From Pseudomonadota bacterium (lineage in GTDB: Bacteria > Pseudomonadota > Gammaproteobacteria > Ga0077536): DNA of 64,000 nucleotides. The notes beneath the pieces were generated by a model that saw only the letters and a program-made list of their open reading frames with translations, was not told the DNA's origin and did no database searches. Below, piece after piece: positions 1 through 9,286 of this stretch. Position 1 is the first letter of the stretch. Each line of letters begins with the position of its first letter. The stretch lies in NCBI GenBank assembly GCA_018668255.1, contig JABISZ010000099.1, positions 1,918 through 65,917 on the forward strand, in the 5' to 3' direction. The position numbers were made by a program, and so were the translations under genes.

Positions 1-545
1 CGTATAGTTTTTCGGGCGCACTCAAGCGCCGCGGACTTAGTGATTCCAATAACAGCATGTTTCGCGCCGCAATATGCACTACCTCCCCTTGTACCCACGA
101 GCCCAGCAACTGAGGCGGTGCTGACTATAGAACCAGGCGATTCTTGCTTAAGCAGTGCTTCAATTTGGTATTTCAAGCAAAGCCAGACACCTTTCATATC
201 GACATCAACGGTCCGGTCATACTCTTCTTCCGTCATTTTAGTAATACTAGTGAAGTTACCTTCTATACCTGCGTTATTAAAGGCTCCGTCGAGTTTGCCA
301 AATTTTTGAATAGCTTGGGCGACCATATTTTTTACGTCGGTAGCCTTAGTGACGTTGGTATTACAATATTGCGCCTCGATGCCCTTAGCTGTGATCATTT
401 CAATAACTTCATTTCCCGCGTCGTCATTTACATCAGCAATAGTAACTAGCGCACCTTCTTCTGCGCAGCGTAACGCAGTTGCTCGCCCAATTCCGGTGCT
501 GCCTCCGGTAATAATAATAGATCTATCCAGTAGTAAAGTAGACAT
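1..545 (-). CDS. SDR family oxidoreductase (N-terminal part; C-terminus lies beyond window start)
   Basis: Reverse-strand translation from ATG at 545..543 gives MSTLLLDRSIIITGGSTGIGRATALRCAEEGA..., with the classic TGGxxGIG Rossmann motif and a downstream NNAG motif. Its start overlaps the stop of the upstream symporter (TAATG). Confidence 0.8.
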   Translation of the reverse strand, partial: MSTLLLDRSIIITGGSTGIGRATALRCAEEGALVTIADVNDDAGNEVIEMITAKGIEAQYCNTNVTKATDVKNMVAQAIQKFGKLDGAFNNAGIEGNFTSITKMTEEEYDRTVDVDMKGVWLCLKYQIEALLKQESPGSIVSTASVAGLVGTRGGSAYCGAKHAVIGITKSAALECARKTI

Positions 546-2125
546 TATGACTCCCCAAATACACGTTTAATATGTTCTTCACTTGGCTTCTCGGTCACCT
601 GAGATACCAGATACATTGTAACTATTGAGCACAGACCTCCGATGGTGGCGCAGGCAAAAGGATTGATTTTTTGCTCTTCTAAAAAAGTTCCGACTATCTC
701 TAGATGACCATTTCCCAACCAAGATGCGTCAAATCCTACCCCGTGCATTACAGAAAAAACTACTCCACCTGTAACAAATCCACTCAGGGCTCCAACACGT
801 GTCGCGCCTTTCCATAAAACGCCCAGAAACATCGGCGCAGCAGTTGCTGCCATCATACCTCCTATACCTATCCAAACTAGAAGCGCCACGTTCATTTCCC
901 GTGTTGACCACGCGATCCATATGGCGACCATTAGCACTAAGACTGTGGCTATGCGGCTAATATATAGACCAATTTTATCGATGCGGGCATCTGACGTCTT
1001 CTGCATATATTTCGGCGCAATAGTTCTCCTGAAAATATCATTAGCAAATATTTGAGCGGTAGATACTACTAAGCCATCGGCGGTAGACATAACTGCTGCA
1101 AGAACTCCCGAGCAAATGAGCGCGGCAACCCAGGCAGGTAGCGTCGCAATAAAGAGTTCTGGAATCGCGTGGTTAGGGTTGGCCCCTTCCAACAAAAGAG
1201 CATCACCTAATATTGCACGAGCTAGAATTCCACCGCAGGTAATAGCAGGAAGGATCATGCCAAATATAAATGCTATTGTGATAAATTTTTTCTGATCTGC
1301 ATCGTTTTTGAGCGCCCATAGTTTATTTCCCACATGGGGCAAAAGCCCTAGAGGGAGATGAGCGAAGAAGATAGCAAAAATATCCCAAGTGGAATTAAAA
1401 ATCGGATTGGTAAGAGACAGAAATGATGTGAGCCCCCCGGTAGGGTCCAAGGTGTTGAGCTCCATCACCATTCCGGAAAACCCACCATCTACTTTATAGC
1501 CGATGAGAAACATTCCAAGCACTGCACAGGCTAATACCAACATCAGTGCCCCTTGAATTCCGTCCGTAAGGATATCCGCATGGGCGCCGCCCAATGCGAT
1601 ATAGAACATAAGGACAATAGCCGTAATGATTAGAGCTTGTAGGGTTTCTAAGCCTAGCATTTGTGTAAACATCACTGCACCGGCTAACAGTTGACCGGCT
1701 AGATAGACCATAAGTAACATTGAGAAGCAGGCCGCTAGGAGTCTTAAGGCATCTGAATTGAAGCGATCACCTAGGAATTCCGGAATTGACCTGCTGCCGA
1801 ATGAAGCGCCAGCTCTGCGCACTGCCACCACACAGATTGCTACGCCAATATAGAGGCCTAGCGGATAAGCTATGGCGTACCATAGGACTGAGAAACCACT
1901 TTTATACGCTAGTCCAGGCAAGCCTAAGAAAGTTGCCCCACTAGCGGCTGTCGCAGTCATAGCAAATGCGAGAAAAACCGGACCATAGCTACCACGAGCA
2001 GTTGCAAAATCGTCACTGCCTTTAACTCGTCTCATGCCCACTAGGCCGAAAACAATCATCATGCTTATATATAACGCTAGAAATAACCAGCCCCAAAAGA
2101 TCAGAGGCTCCACACCAAATATCAT
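545..2125 (-). CDS. sodium:solute symporter (SSS) family transporter
   Basis: 526-aa polytopic membrane protein with many hydrophobic segments and an SSF-like central region. Its stop overlaps the start of the downstream SDR gene by 1 nt. Confidence 0.75.
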   Translation of the reverse strand: MIFGVEPLIFWGWLFLALYISMMIVFGLVGMRRVKGSDDFATARGSYGPVFLAFAMTATAASGATFLGLPGLAYKSGFSVLWYAIAYPLGLYIGVAICVVAVRRAGASFGSRSIPEFLGDRFNSDALRLLAACFSMLLMVYLAGQLLAGAVMFTQMLGLETLQALIITAIVLMFYIALGGAHADILTDGIQGALMLVLACAVLGMFLIGYKVDGGFSGMVMELNTLDPTGGLTSFLSLTNPIFNSTWDIFAIFFAHLPLGLLPHVGNKLWALKNDADQKKFITIAFIFGMILPAITCGGILARAILGDALLLEGANPNHAIPELFIATLPAWVAALICSGVLAAVMSTADGLVVSTAQIFANDIFRRTIAPKYMQKTSDARIDKIGLYISRIATVLVLMVAIWIAWSTREMNVALLVWIGIGGMMAATAAPMFLGVLWKGATRVGALSGFVTGGVVFSVMHGVGFDASWLGNGHLEIVGTFLEEQKINPFACATIGGLCSIVTMYLVSQVTEKPSEEHIKRVFGES

Positions 2126-2287
2126 TTAAAATTCCCTAAGAGTTGTTTATGGTCTTTGTACTTAAGTATTATCAACAGGAGGCGGTTTTATAACATTCCT
2201 AGAGCTTTCTTTCTAGGAGCTTTTTTTGGTCAATCCGCGTTATGCTCAGCCCCTGACATTAGAAATATTAAGGTGTAGGTAAGTAAA

Positions 2288-3532
2288 ATGGTTAAAATCG
2301 TTGAACCTCAAGAAGCCGTAGATCAAATTAATGATGGTTCTCATCTGGTGTTCCCTGGGTCGTGTGCTAATCCAGTCAGGTTTTATGAAGCTTTTTCTCA
2401 GGATATTGAAAGGTTTTCTGACTTGACCGTCTGCTCAGGGCTCTCTTTAGGTGATTATCGATTTTTAGAAACTGGTCTGGGAACAAATTTCCATTATAAA
2501 ACCTGGCAGGCTGCGCCTAAATTGAGAAAGTTGTTTAAAGAAAATGACAGGCGTAAGATTTCTTTTATCCCCACTCGATTGAGTGATTTAGATCAAGTGG
2601 TGAGACAGGGTGGTGCTGTTAGTCCCGATGCCGTAGTTATTCAAACCTCTATGCCTCAATCTGATGGTACTGTCAGTTTAGGCATTTCGGTTGGTCCCAA
2701 CCTACATTTCTCATCCGAAGCAACATTAGTTATAGCGGAAATGAACTCTAATATGCCCGTAACATGCGGCAACACTCGTATCCGATTGGAGGAAATAGAT
2801 TATGGCATAGAATCGTCGGAGGCTCTGACTATTTACGATACAGGTGAAGCTGGACCGCGTGACCAAAAAATTGTGGAGTATGTTTTGAGCTTGGTGCCAG
2901 ATAATGCGTGGGTGCAATTCGGGGTAGGCGCTATACCGGACAGAGTATTAGCAGGCTTGTCAGATATAAAAGGCGTTAATCTCTTTTCAGGAATGCTCTC
3001 TCAGAGCTTGGTGCAGTTTCTCGAAGCCACACCAAGCTCGACAAAAGTAATCAATGGAGAATTGGCAGGTAATCAAGCGCTTTACGACTATTGCCATTTA
3101 AATGAGCGTGTGGAGATGGCTCCGTTATCTAAGACGCATAATTTTTTCGAACTTGCAAAACTGCAGCCGTTCGTCTCTATTAATTCAGCTATTGAAATCG
3201 ATCTCCATGGGCAGAGTAATGGCGAGACCATTGGTCCAATTCAAATGAGTGGAGTCGGTGGCAGCCTTGATTATATTCAAGCTGCGCTGTTATCAAAAGG
3301 TGGTGTGTCTATCTTAGCGATGCCATCATCTACTAATGGAGACAAGCACTCTAAGATCGTTCCGTCTCTTGCGTCAGGCAGTGTGGTTACTACTCCGCGC
3401 TACTGTGTTGATTATGTGATTACTGAATATGGAATCGCATCCTTGAGAGGGAAAACTCTCTGGGAGAGAGCAGATGAACTTATCGGTATTGCCCATCCAA
3501 AGTTCAGAGACGAGTTAGCTAACAGTCTTTAA
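2288..3532 (+). CDS. acetyl-CoA hydrolase/transferase family protein (acyl-CoA:carboxylate CoA-transferase)
   Basis: 414 aa. C-terminal ...IEIDLHGQSNGE...SGVGGSLDYI... is typical of the acetyl-CoA hydrolase/4-hydroxybutyrate CoA-transferase family. Divergent from the symporter gene. Confidence 0.7.
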   Translation: MVKIVEPQEAVDQINDGSHLVFPGSCANPVRFYEAFSQDIERFSDLTVCSGLSLGDYRFLETGLGTNFHYKTWQAAPKLRKLFKENDRRKISFIPTRLSDLDQVVRQGGAVSPDAVVIQTSMPQSDGTVSLGISVGPNLHFSSEATLVIAEMNSNMPVTCGNTRIRLEEIDYGIESSEALTIYDTGEAGPRDQKIVEYVLSLVPDNAWVQFGVGAIPDRVLAGLSDIKGVNLFSGMLSQSLVQFLEATPSSTKVINGELAGNQALYDYCHLNERVEMAPLSKTHNFFELAKLQPFVSINSAIEIDLHGQSNGETIGPIQMSGVGGSLDYIQAALLSKGGVSILAMPSSTNGDKHSKIVPSLASGSVVTTPRYCVDYVITEYGIASLRGKTLWERADELIGIAHPKFRDELANSL

Positions 3533-3537
3533 AACTA

Positions 3538-4209
3538 TTACCTACGGTTAAACACTCTTTCTATAGTAATAGGTTCTAGCAATAGGCGCAGGTTTAACGT
3601 AATCGTATAGAGAAGTTCTTCAGGCGCTTGCAGTTTGAGGACTTCTAGATAAGTACCTCCCATCATATTTGTTGTTTCGAGAATGAGAGAATTCTCTTTC
3701 CAGTAAGCTAATGTGTGCCCTATACTATCCTCAACTAATTCTTCGCCCTTTGCAGAGTATATTCGGCCTGACGGATTCGGTTTTATTTCTCTAGGCAAAA
3801 GTTGATCATATAGGAAAAGATAATTCTTTTCTTTTGCACTAATGCTAAGGGTTTTGGCGGATATCAGTGGATAAGCAGTACCGACGCGTTTTAGGTTTTT
3901 TGCTGCTTTTCGTTCTTTCCCTTCCTTTACAGTTCTCCAATAGGCACTCTGAGATTCGTCTCCTGCAGTCCCGCGGGTGCGACCTCCAGAGATGGGCCTA
4001 TTGAATTTTGACATAGGTAGTCTTCGTCGGAATTGTCCTTTTAACTTCTTTTTGAGGTTGTCACTTGAGGGTTTGTCGAGCACCCAATCGCCCAGTAATA
4101 AATCATCGCTGGCAATCGCAGAGTGATAGGGACTTAAGCATACTAAAGCGAGTAGTAGAGAAGGGGCAGTGCGGCCTCTAAGGAATATGATAGTAGTCGA
4201 TAGAATCAT
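3538..4209 (-). CDS. hypothetical exported protein
   Basis: ORF 3538..4269; probable start at MILSTTIIFL... (4209), an N-terminal signal-peptide-like segment ending ...AIASDD. No recognisable domain. Confidence 0.5.
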   Translation of the reverse strand: MILSTTIIFLRGRTAPSLLLALVCLSPYHSAIASDDLLLGDWVLDKPSSDNLKKKLKGQFRRRLPMSKFNRPISGGRTRGTAGDESQSAYWRTVKEGKERKAAKNLKRVGTAYPLISAKTLSISAKEKNYLFLYDQLLPREIKPNPSGRIYSAKGEELVEDSIGHTLAYWKENSLILETTNMMGGTYLEVLKLQAPEELLYTITLNLRLLLEPITIERVFNRR

Positions 4210-4362
4210 GATTAATCTATTTAGTTTTTGTTTATTTACGAATCTTTTTGGTTTTATACCACGAACCAAGGCAACATATTGTTATGATAATTTAACATGG
4301 TGCTTGAGCCAAGGACTGTATAAGCGCTATTGTAATAAAGAAACTATTGGGGAGGACTCGAT

Positions 4363-5031
4363 GTGATTAAAGTCATTTCAGTATTTAAGCGAAAAGTAGG
4401 AATGGGAGTAGATGAATTTCAGGATTACTGGCTGAATCATCACGGACCAATGGTTGCCCGTTTACCAAGCGTGGAACGTTATGTCCAGTCTCATACCAGG
4501 CGGTCAGGTTATGCCAGACATGAGCCTGCAGCCGATGGCCTTAGCGAGTTGTGGTTTGAAGATACAGATGCTCTTTACAATCTTCAATCATCGCGAGAAC
4601 TGCAGCAGGTTTCTGATGATGAGGAGCGCTTCATCGACTTGGCATCTTCTGTGCAAATTTTAGTCGATGAGCATGTAATAAAAGATGGGGCTGCTTTAGT
4701 TGAAGGTGTGAAAAATATCGAATTTGTTCGTCGAAAACATGAAATAGATGTTGATGCGTTCCAGCATCATTGGCGCGAGATACATGGGCCATTAGGAGCT
4801 TCAATCAAGCAAGTAAGCCGCTATGTTCAAAATCATGCAAAGAGTAGTTCCTACCTGAATGGCCGGTCTCCTAAGCTGGATGGCCTTGCCTTAACCTGGT
4901 TTAAAGATGTTGATGCTATGAGGGAATCTGCGCAGTCGGCAGAGTATGAGGCTACGCGTGACGACGAGGAAAATTTCCTTACTACCCCATTAGATTTCAT
5001 TATTGCTCAAGAGCATGTTTTAGTAGGTTAA
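4363..5031 (+). CDS. tandem EthD-domain protein
   Basis: GTG start with GGGGAGG RBS 7 nt upstream. Two internal repeats of about 100 aa (VGMGVDEFQDYWLNHHGPMVARLPSVERYVQSH... and HEIDVDAFQHHWREIHGPLGASIKQVSRYVQNH...) match EthD-like (dimeric alpha+beta barrel) domains. Confidence 0.65.
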   Translation: MIKVISVFKRKVGMGVDEFQDYWLNHHGPMVARLPSVERYVQSHTRRSGYARHEPAADGLSELWFEDTDALYNLQSSRELQQVSDDEERFIDLASSVQILVDEHVIKDGAALVEGVKNIEFVRRKHEIDVDAFQHHWREIHGPLGASIKQVSRYVQNHAKSSSYLNGRSPKLDGLALTWFKDVDAMRESAQSAEYEATRDDEENFLTTPLDFIIAQEHVLVG

Positions 5032-5098
5032 TAATTAAAAAAGCATGCTAAAAGTTGTAAATTAGTGTTGCTAGAAGCTGATGGTCGTGGCGGTGTTC

Positions 5099-6175
5099 TC
5101 AGCAAAGGGGAATCACTTCTTCTGCAAATTCTTTTGCGGCTTCCCGGATGTTATGTAAAGGAGGAAGTAGACTGACTTCCGACAGGCCATGTTTGCCAGC
5201 TTCACTTATTTTCTCGGCTATTTCAGCTGCGCTGCCGACTAAAGTAGTGCCTTCTATCATCTCTGGTGTAACGAATTTCTTTTCTCCGTCAGTATAAAAA
5301 CTGCAATGGCCTTCATGAATGAGTTGATGTGCCTTTTCTTTGGGAAGTGGGAAGTTATCAACGTGATCACAGTATTCTTCCCATATGGATCGCATATACT
5401 CTGGAACCACGCTGTCCTCTTTCGTGTAACGCCAAATTTCATAGACGAAATGCAGAGCGGTCACTGCCCAAGATCCGGCTTTTTCAACGATGGCGTCGTC
5501 AGTTAGCTTTTCTCCTGCACGAAGAATCACAGCATTCGTCAGTGTTGTTGTTTGGTAATTAATAAGTTCGCGGTTGGCCATTTGTGCTCCCTTACGAACT
5601 TGCTCAAGATTGTAGGTTAGGACAGGTATTTGCTCGTTAAAGACAGAGCAGAGGCCATCGCCATACATCCCCGCCGTTCTAAGTGCCCGGGGTCCATTGG
5701 CGGCGACGTAAATAGGAATAGGGTGCTCGATGTCGCGAAACCCTGAGCCATGCTCCTGCCAGACGATCGATGTAGTCCTTCCATTGTAGGTATAATCTAC
5801 TTCTTCTCCCCGGAGCATCGCTCTCACTACACGCAAATATTCCCTAAACTCTGTGATTGAGATCGGGTCTTGCCCCATCACGCGCATAGCGGTATGACCT
5901 GTCCCAATGCCCAGAAAGACTCTACCAGGCGCGAGTGCGTTGATTGAAGAGATCGCCGCCGCAGTCGTAGGAGCTATTCGGGTCCCTGCAATAGCTACGC
6001 CTGTTCCAAGCTTTATTCTTGAAGTATTTTGGGCGGCAAGTGCCATGGTCGCGTAGCAGTCTGACCACATCATCTGCGTATCGGGAACCCAGGCCGCATC
6101 GTATCCTAGATCTTCTAGATATTTTATAAAATGCCAGTCGGTAATTCTAGTTTGAACGGTCAAGCTAAATTTCAT
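5099..6175 (-). CDS. LLM-class (luciferase-like) flavin-dependent oxidoreductase
   Basis: 358 aa. TIM-barrel LLM signature: N-terminal ...LGYDAAWVPD..., central GIGTGH... Last gene of the VOC-LLM-DUF1329-LLM operon. Confidence 0.8.
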   Translation of the reverse strand: MKFSLTVQTRITDWHFIKYLEDLGYDAAWVPDTQMMWSDCYATMALAAQNTSRIKLGTGVAIAGTRIAPTTAAAISSINALAPGRVFLGIGTGHTAMRVMGQDPISITEFREYLRVVRAMLRGEEVDYTYNGRTTSIVWQEHGSGFRDIEHPIPIYVAANGPRALRTAGMYGDGLCSVFNEQIPVLTYNLEQVRKGAQMANRELINYQTTTLTNAVILRAGEKLTDDAIVEKAGSWAVTALHFVYEIWRYTKEDSVVPEYMRSIWEEYCDHVDNFPLPKEKAHQLIHEGHCSFYTDGEKKFVTPEMIEGTTLVGSAAEIAEKISEAGKHGLSEVSLLPPLHNIREAAKEFAEEVIPLC

Positions 6176-6226
6176 ATTGTTATTCCCCTTTATCTAAACA
6201 CTGATAATCAATGTGACCTACAGAGC

Positions 6227-7582
6227 CTATCTGCCACGACGTTTATAATCTCTGCCGGTCGCACTTTGCATGTCCCCCGCATCAAAGTCTTTGACACTTA
6301 TGTCGTCAACATTGATCAAAGTTAATGCCTGTATCGTTGTACATCGGTTGGTTTGGATATCGATTGTCGAGAAGGCAGTCAGGATAGGAGCCCCAGTATT
6401 GTTATTATGCGTAACATGTGAGGTCGGGTGCGCATATGCGTTAATGGCGAACTTCCAAAGTGAGTTATTTGAGTCATACATTTTCCACAAGATAGGCAAG
6501 TGGGTTTGCGTATCGATGTAAAGGACCCGTTTTGACACTGACTCAGAATTAGCAACTGTTGTGCCTTCTAGAATATAGGTTTCTCTTAATTGCCAACTGA
6601 CTTTTGGGAAACACCCTGCACGACCATGAAAATCGGTGTGCCAATAGTCAACTTTTCGTGCTTTCAGATCAGATGTAGTTGCGCGGTCATGCTGATACAT
6701 CGGGAGAAGGGCAAAAGTACTTCCTTTGAACTTCCAGTTCATCGCAGTCAAACTGGCGGTGTAGCCCATGAAGTCGCTAGGCAAAATATCGCTACCAAAC
6801 ATCGATTCCTCTCGCGAAAACGAAGCGAGAGTTTGAGTTCGCCCGAGTTGTGGAATATATACCCAGCCATTAAGGGGCTTGGATTCGTCTCTATTGACAA
6901 ACACAAGGGCTTGAGTCCCATCATAACTTCCGGCGTCAATAGCTTCGAGCCTAAATGCCCCATACGCATCCTGGGCATTATTCATGATAGATGGCGTTGG
7001 TTGTACGACATGTCGATACATGAAGCGCATAAGTTTGGCTTTAAATGTCATCTTGAACTCGACTTTCTCGCTGCGCCAGTCCCTCAAGGTCCAATGCATC
7101 TCTGGGATGTTGCCATTGTCCCCTTGATAGGCGTAACGCATATTCCAAGCTAATTTAAGTCCTGCATCCGGGTCGTTTGTCTTGAGTTCTCCACCAAAAG
7201 GAAGACCTTGCTGAAAGTCAGCTATGGTACCTGTTTTCTCTGGCAGATAAGGTTCAACACCTTGCTGATGGATAGAACTCAAGAAAGCTTCATGGGGATT
7301 GAAAGCTATAGGCTCACCAACTGTTAACGTCAGAAACTTACTCTTAATAAATTTCTTGAAATCAGGGTCTAAGAGATGTTGGTACTTATGGAGATTAGTG
7401 TCATTAATTATTAGCCCCGGTCGAGGGCTGATTTCATTCAATTCCTCTATATCATGCACGTAATCAGCAGCGTTGGTGTGCGACAACGGATAACCTATCA
7501 GTAAGGCACAGCATAATGCAGGCAAGACTCTTCCAGCTATAAGATTTAGCACAACTTTAAGACTAGGCGGCCCAAGAGACAT
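6227..7582 (-). CDS. DUF1329-family (LolA-like fold) periplasmic/outer-membrane-associated protein
   Basis: 451 aa with an N-terminal signal sequence. C-terminal ...KRVLYIDTQTHLPILWKMYDSNNSLWKFA... is typical of the LolA-like outer-membrane lipoprotein-sorting/DUF1329 clan. Overlaps the upstream LLM stop by 20 nt. Confidence 0.6.
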   Translation of the reverse strand: MSLGPPSLKVVLNLIAGRVLPALCCALLIGYPLSHTNAADYVHDIEELNEISPRPGLIINDTNLHKYQHLLDPDFKKFIKSKFLTLTVGEPIAFNPHEAFLSSIHQQGVEPYLPEKTGTIADFQQGLPFGGELKTNDPDAGLKLAWNMRYAYQGDNGNIPEMHWTLRDWRSEKVEFKMTFKAKLMRFMYRHVVQPTPSIMNNAQDAYGAFRLEAIDAGSYDGTQALVFVNRDESKPLNGWVYIPQLGRTQTLASFSREESMFGSDILPSDFMGYTASLTAMNWKFKGSTFALLPMYQHDRATTSDLKARKVDYWHTDFHGRAGCFPKVSWQLRETYILEGTTVANSESVSKRVLYIDTQTHLPILWKMYDSNNSLWKFAINAYAHPTSHVTHNNNTGAPILTAFSTIDIQTNRCTTIQALTLINVDDISVKDFDAGDMQSATGRDYKRRGR

Positions 7583-8651
7583 TTCCAGACATCTCTAGTT
7601 TTTGTAGTCTTGGCATGACTTCAGTCGCAAAACATTTTAGGTTTCGTTCAGCTTCGCTCCAGGGCATGCCCGCATAACTAAAGATTCCAATGTATGCTTC
7701 AGCCCCGATTCTTCGAGCATTTTTCACAATAGTCTCATAGCACTCGTCTGGAGTACCCCAAGTCTGTAAACCCATGAAAAATTCGATCGCTGCATCCACT
7801 CCAGATTTGTCCATGGCATCGGCGAATTTCCCATAATATTCGTACCCTTTTTGACCTTTTAAATGACCTGTGTCGAAGTTGTAGTGGTCGAGTACTGTCT
7901 GCCAATATCCCCCGATATATTGCTTAGCCATTTTGTAAGCGGCGTCTTTATCTGGGTTACACATAGTCCAACCCGCCATGATAGGGGCGGGAGGCTCTTC
8001 ACCATTTAGACGCACAAAGGCCTCGTTATAGTCAGCGATTTCTTTCTCTACCTGCTCCCATGGTTTTTGAGGGATGACTAGTAGGCCTATTCCGAGTTTC
8101 GCCATAATTTCTACTGATTCGGGTGACACCGCAGCGGCATAAGTGCGGCCCTTAAAGGATTTAAATGGCGCAGGTCGGATAAGTGCTTTAGGTTGATTTA
8201 CGAATTTGCCTTGGTATTCGCAAAAACCGTTTTCTAACCCAGACAGGACACACTCTGCACTTTCTACGAACCTCGGACGAGAATCGGCCATATCTTGACG
8301 AAAAGCATCAAATTCTACTCGCCCGGCCCCTCGTCCTAGGCCCAGGATAGCTCGTCCGTCGGAGATGTTGTCTAGCATAGAAATTTGCTCTGCAACACGC
8401 ATTGGATCATGCCAGGGCAAAACAACCACCATAGTTCCAAGTTTGACTTTTTTTGTGCGACCCGCCATGTAAGTTAAGAATTGAAGAGGATCTGGGCACA
8501 TGGTGTAATCTGTAAAGTGGTGTTCTACGCCCCACACAGACTCAAAGCCTAGAGGTTCTGCCATTTCGGCTAACCGCAACTCGTTGCGGTAAACGCTGCG
8601 ATCATCCAATGAATTAGGGTTCTGGAAAATTGTACTCATGCCAACGTGCAT
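7563..8651 (-). CDS. LLM-class (luciferase-like) flavin-dependent monooxygenase
   Basis: 362 aa. ...LGFESVWGVEHHFTDY..., ...ILGLGRGAGRVEF... LLM/bacterial-luciferase signature. Confidence 0.85.
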   Translation of the reverse strand: MHVGMSTIFQNPNSLDDRSVYRNELRLAEMAEPLGFESVWGVEHHFTDYTMCPDPLQFLTYMAGRTKKVKLGTMVVVLPWHDPMRVAEQISMLDNISDGRAILGLGRGAGRVEFDAFRQDMADSRPRFVESAECVLSGLENGFCEYQGKFVNQPKALIRPAPFKSFKGRTYAAAVSPESVEIMAKLGIGLLVIPQKPWEQVEKEIADYNEAFVRLNGEEPPAPIMAGWTMCNPDKDAAYKMAKQYIGGYWQTVLDHYNFDTGHLKGQKGYEYYGKFADAMDKSGVDAAIEFFMGLQTWGTPDECYETIVKNARRIGAEAYIGIFSYAGMPWSEAERNLKCFATEVMPRLQKLEMSGNVSWAA

Positions 8652-8692
8652 ATTATTGTCCTTATGGGCTTTGTTCTTGAAACTAGTATTTT

Positions 8693-9136
8693 CTATATTG
8701 TTTCTGTTTTCAAGCTGTCTGCAGTTTGTTCGTTATCGAAAAAATTCAACTCAATAGTTAAACCATCAGGGTCCTTCACAAACAATTGAGTTAAATTAAA
8801 ATTCTTCACCTCTTGTATGTGAAAGTCTATTTCAGCTTTTGTCAATCTATCTTCAAATTCTTGAATATTATCCGCTCTAAATGCGATGTGATCGAGTCTC
8901 CCAGTACCATTTTTCAGGTTTGATTTATTTTTGATCTCGTTATCGGGGTAACCTCCTGCAAAGTCCGCTGTCCCCGCATGTACAACTGGGACACCATCTA
9001 AGTAAAACCAGCTTCCAGCGAAGTCAAAATTAGGTCTAGGTCCCAACTCAAGGCCTAAAATATTAGAGTAAAAATCTGCAGTCCTATCTAGGCTTTGAGC
9101 ATAAATAAAATAATGATCGAGTCGTTTAATAGTCAT
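8693..9136 (-). CDS. VOC family protein (glyoxalase/bleomycin-resistance/extradiol dioxygenase fold)
   Basis: Start taken at MTIKRLDHYFIYAQSLDRTADFYSNILGLELG..., preceded by GAGGGGA RBS. Paired beta-alpha-beta-beta-beta modules with the conserved H...E pattern (LDHIAFRADN... E). Confidence 0.7.
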   Translation of the reverse strand: MTIKRLDHYFIYAQSLDRTADFYSNILGLELGPRPNFDFAGSWFYLDGVPVVHAGTADFAGGYPDNEIKNKSNLKNGTGRLDHIAFRADNIQEFEDRLTKAEIDFHIQEVKNFNLTQLFVKDPDGLTIELNFFDNEQTADSLKTETI

Positions 9137-9286
9137 AGTCTGCTCCCCTCGTGGTTCACACAATACTATAAATTAAAGCTCACGACAGTCCTTTCAACTT
9201 TATTGGCACTTGATAAGAGGGTCGCTCATCAGTTATGCTGCAGTGCAATATAATCTATTCAGCAAAATTTATTTTGGAGAGTTAAT

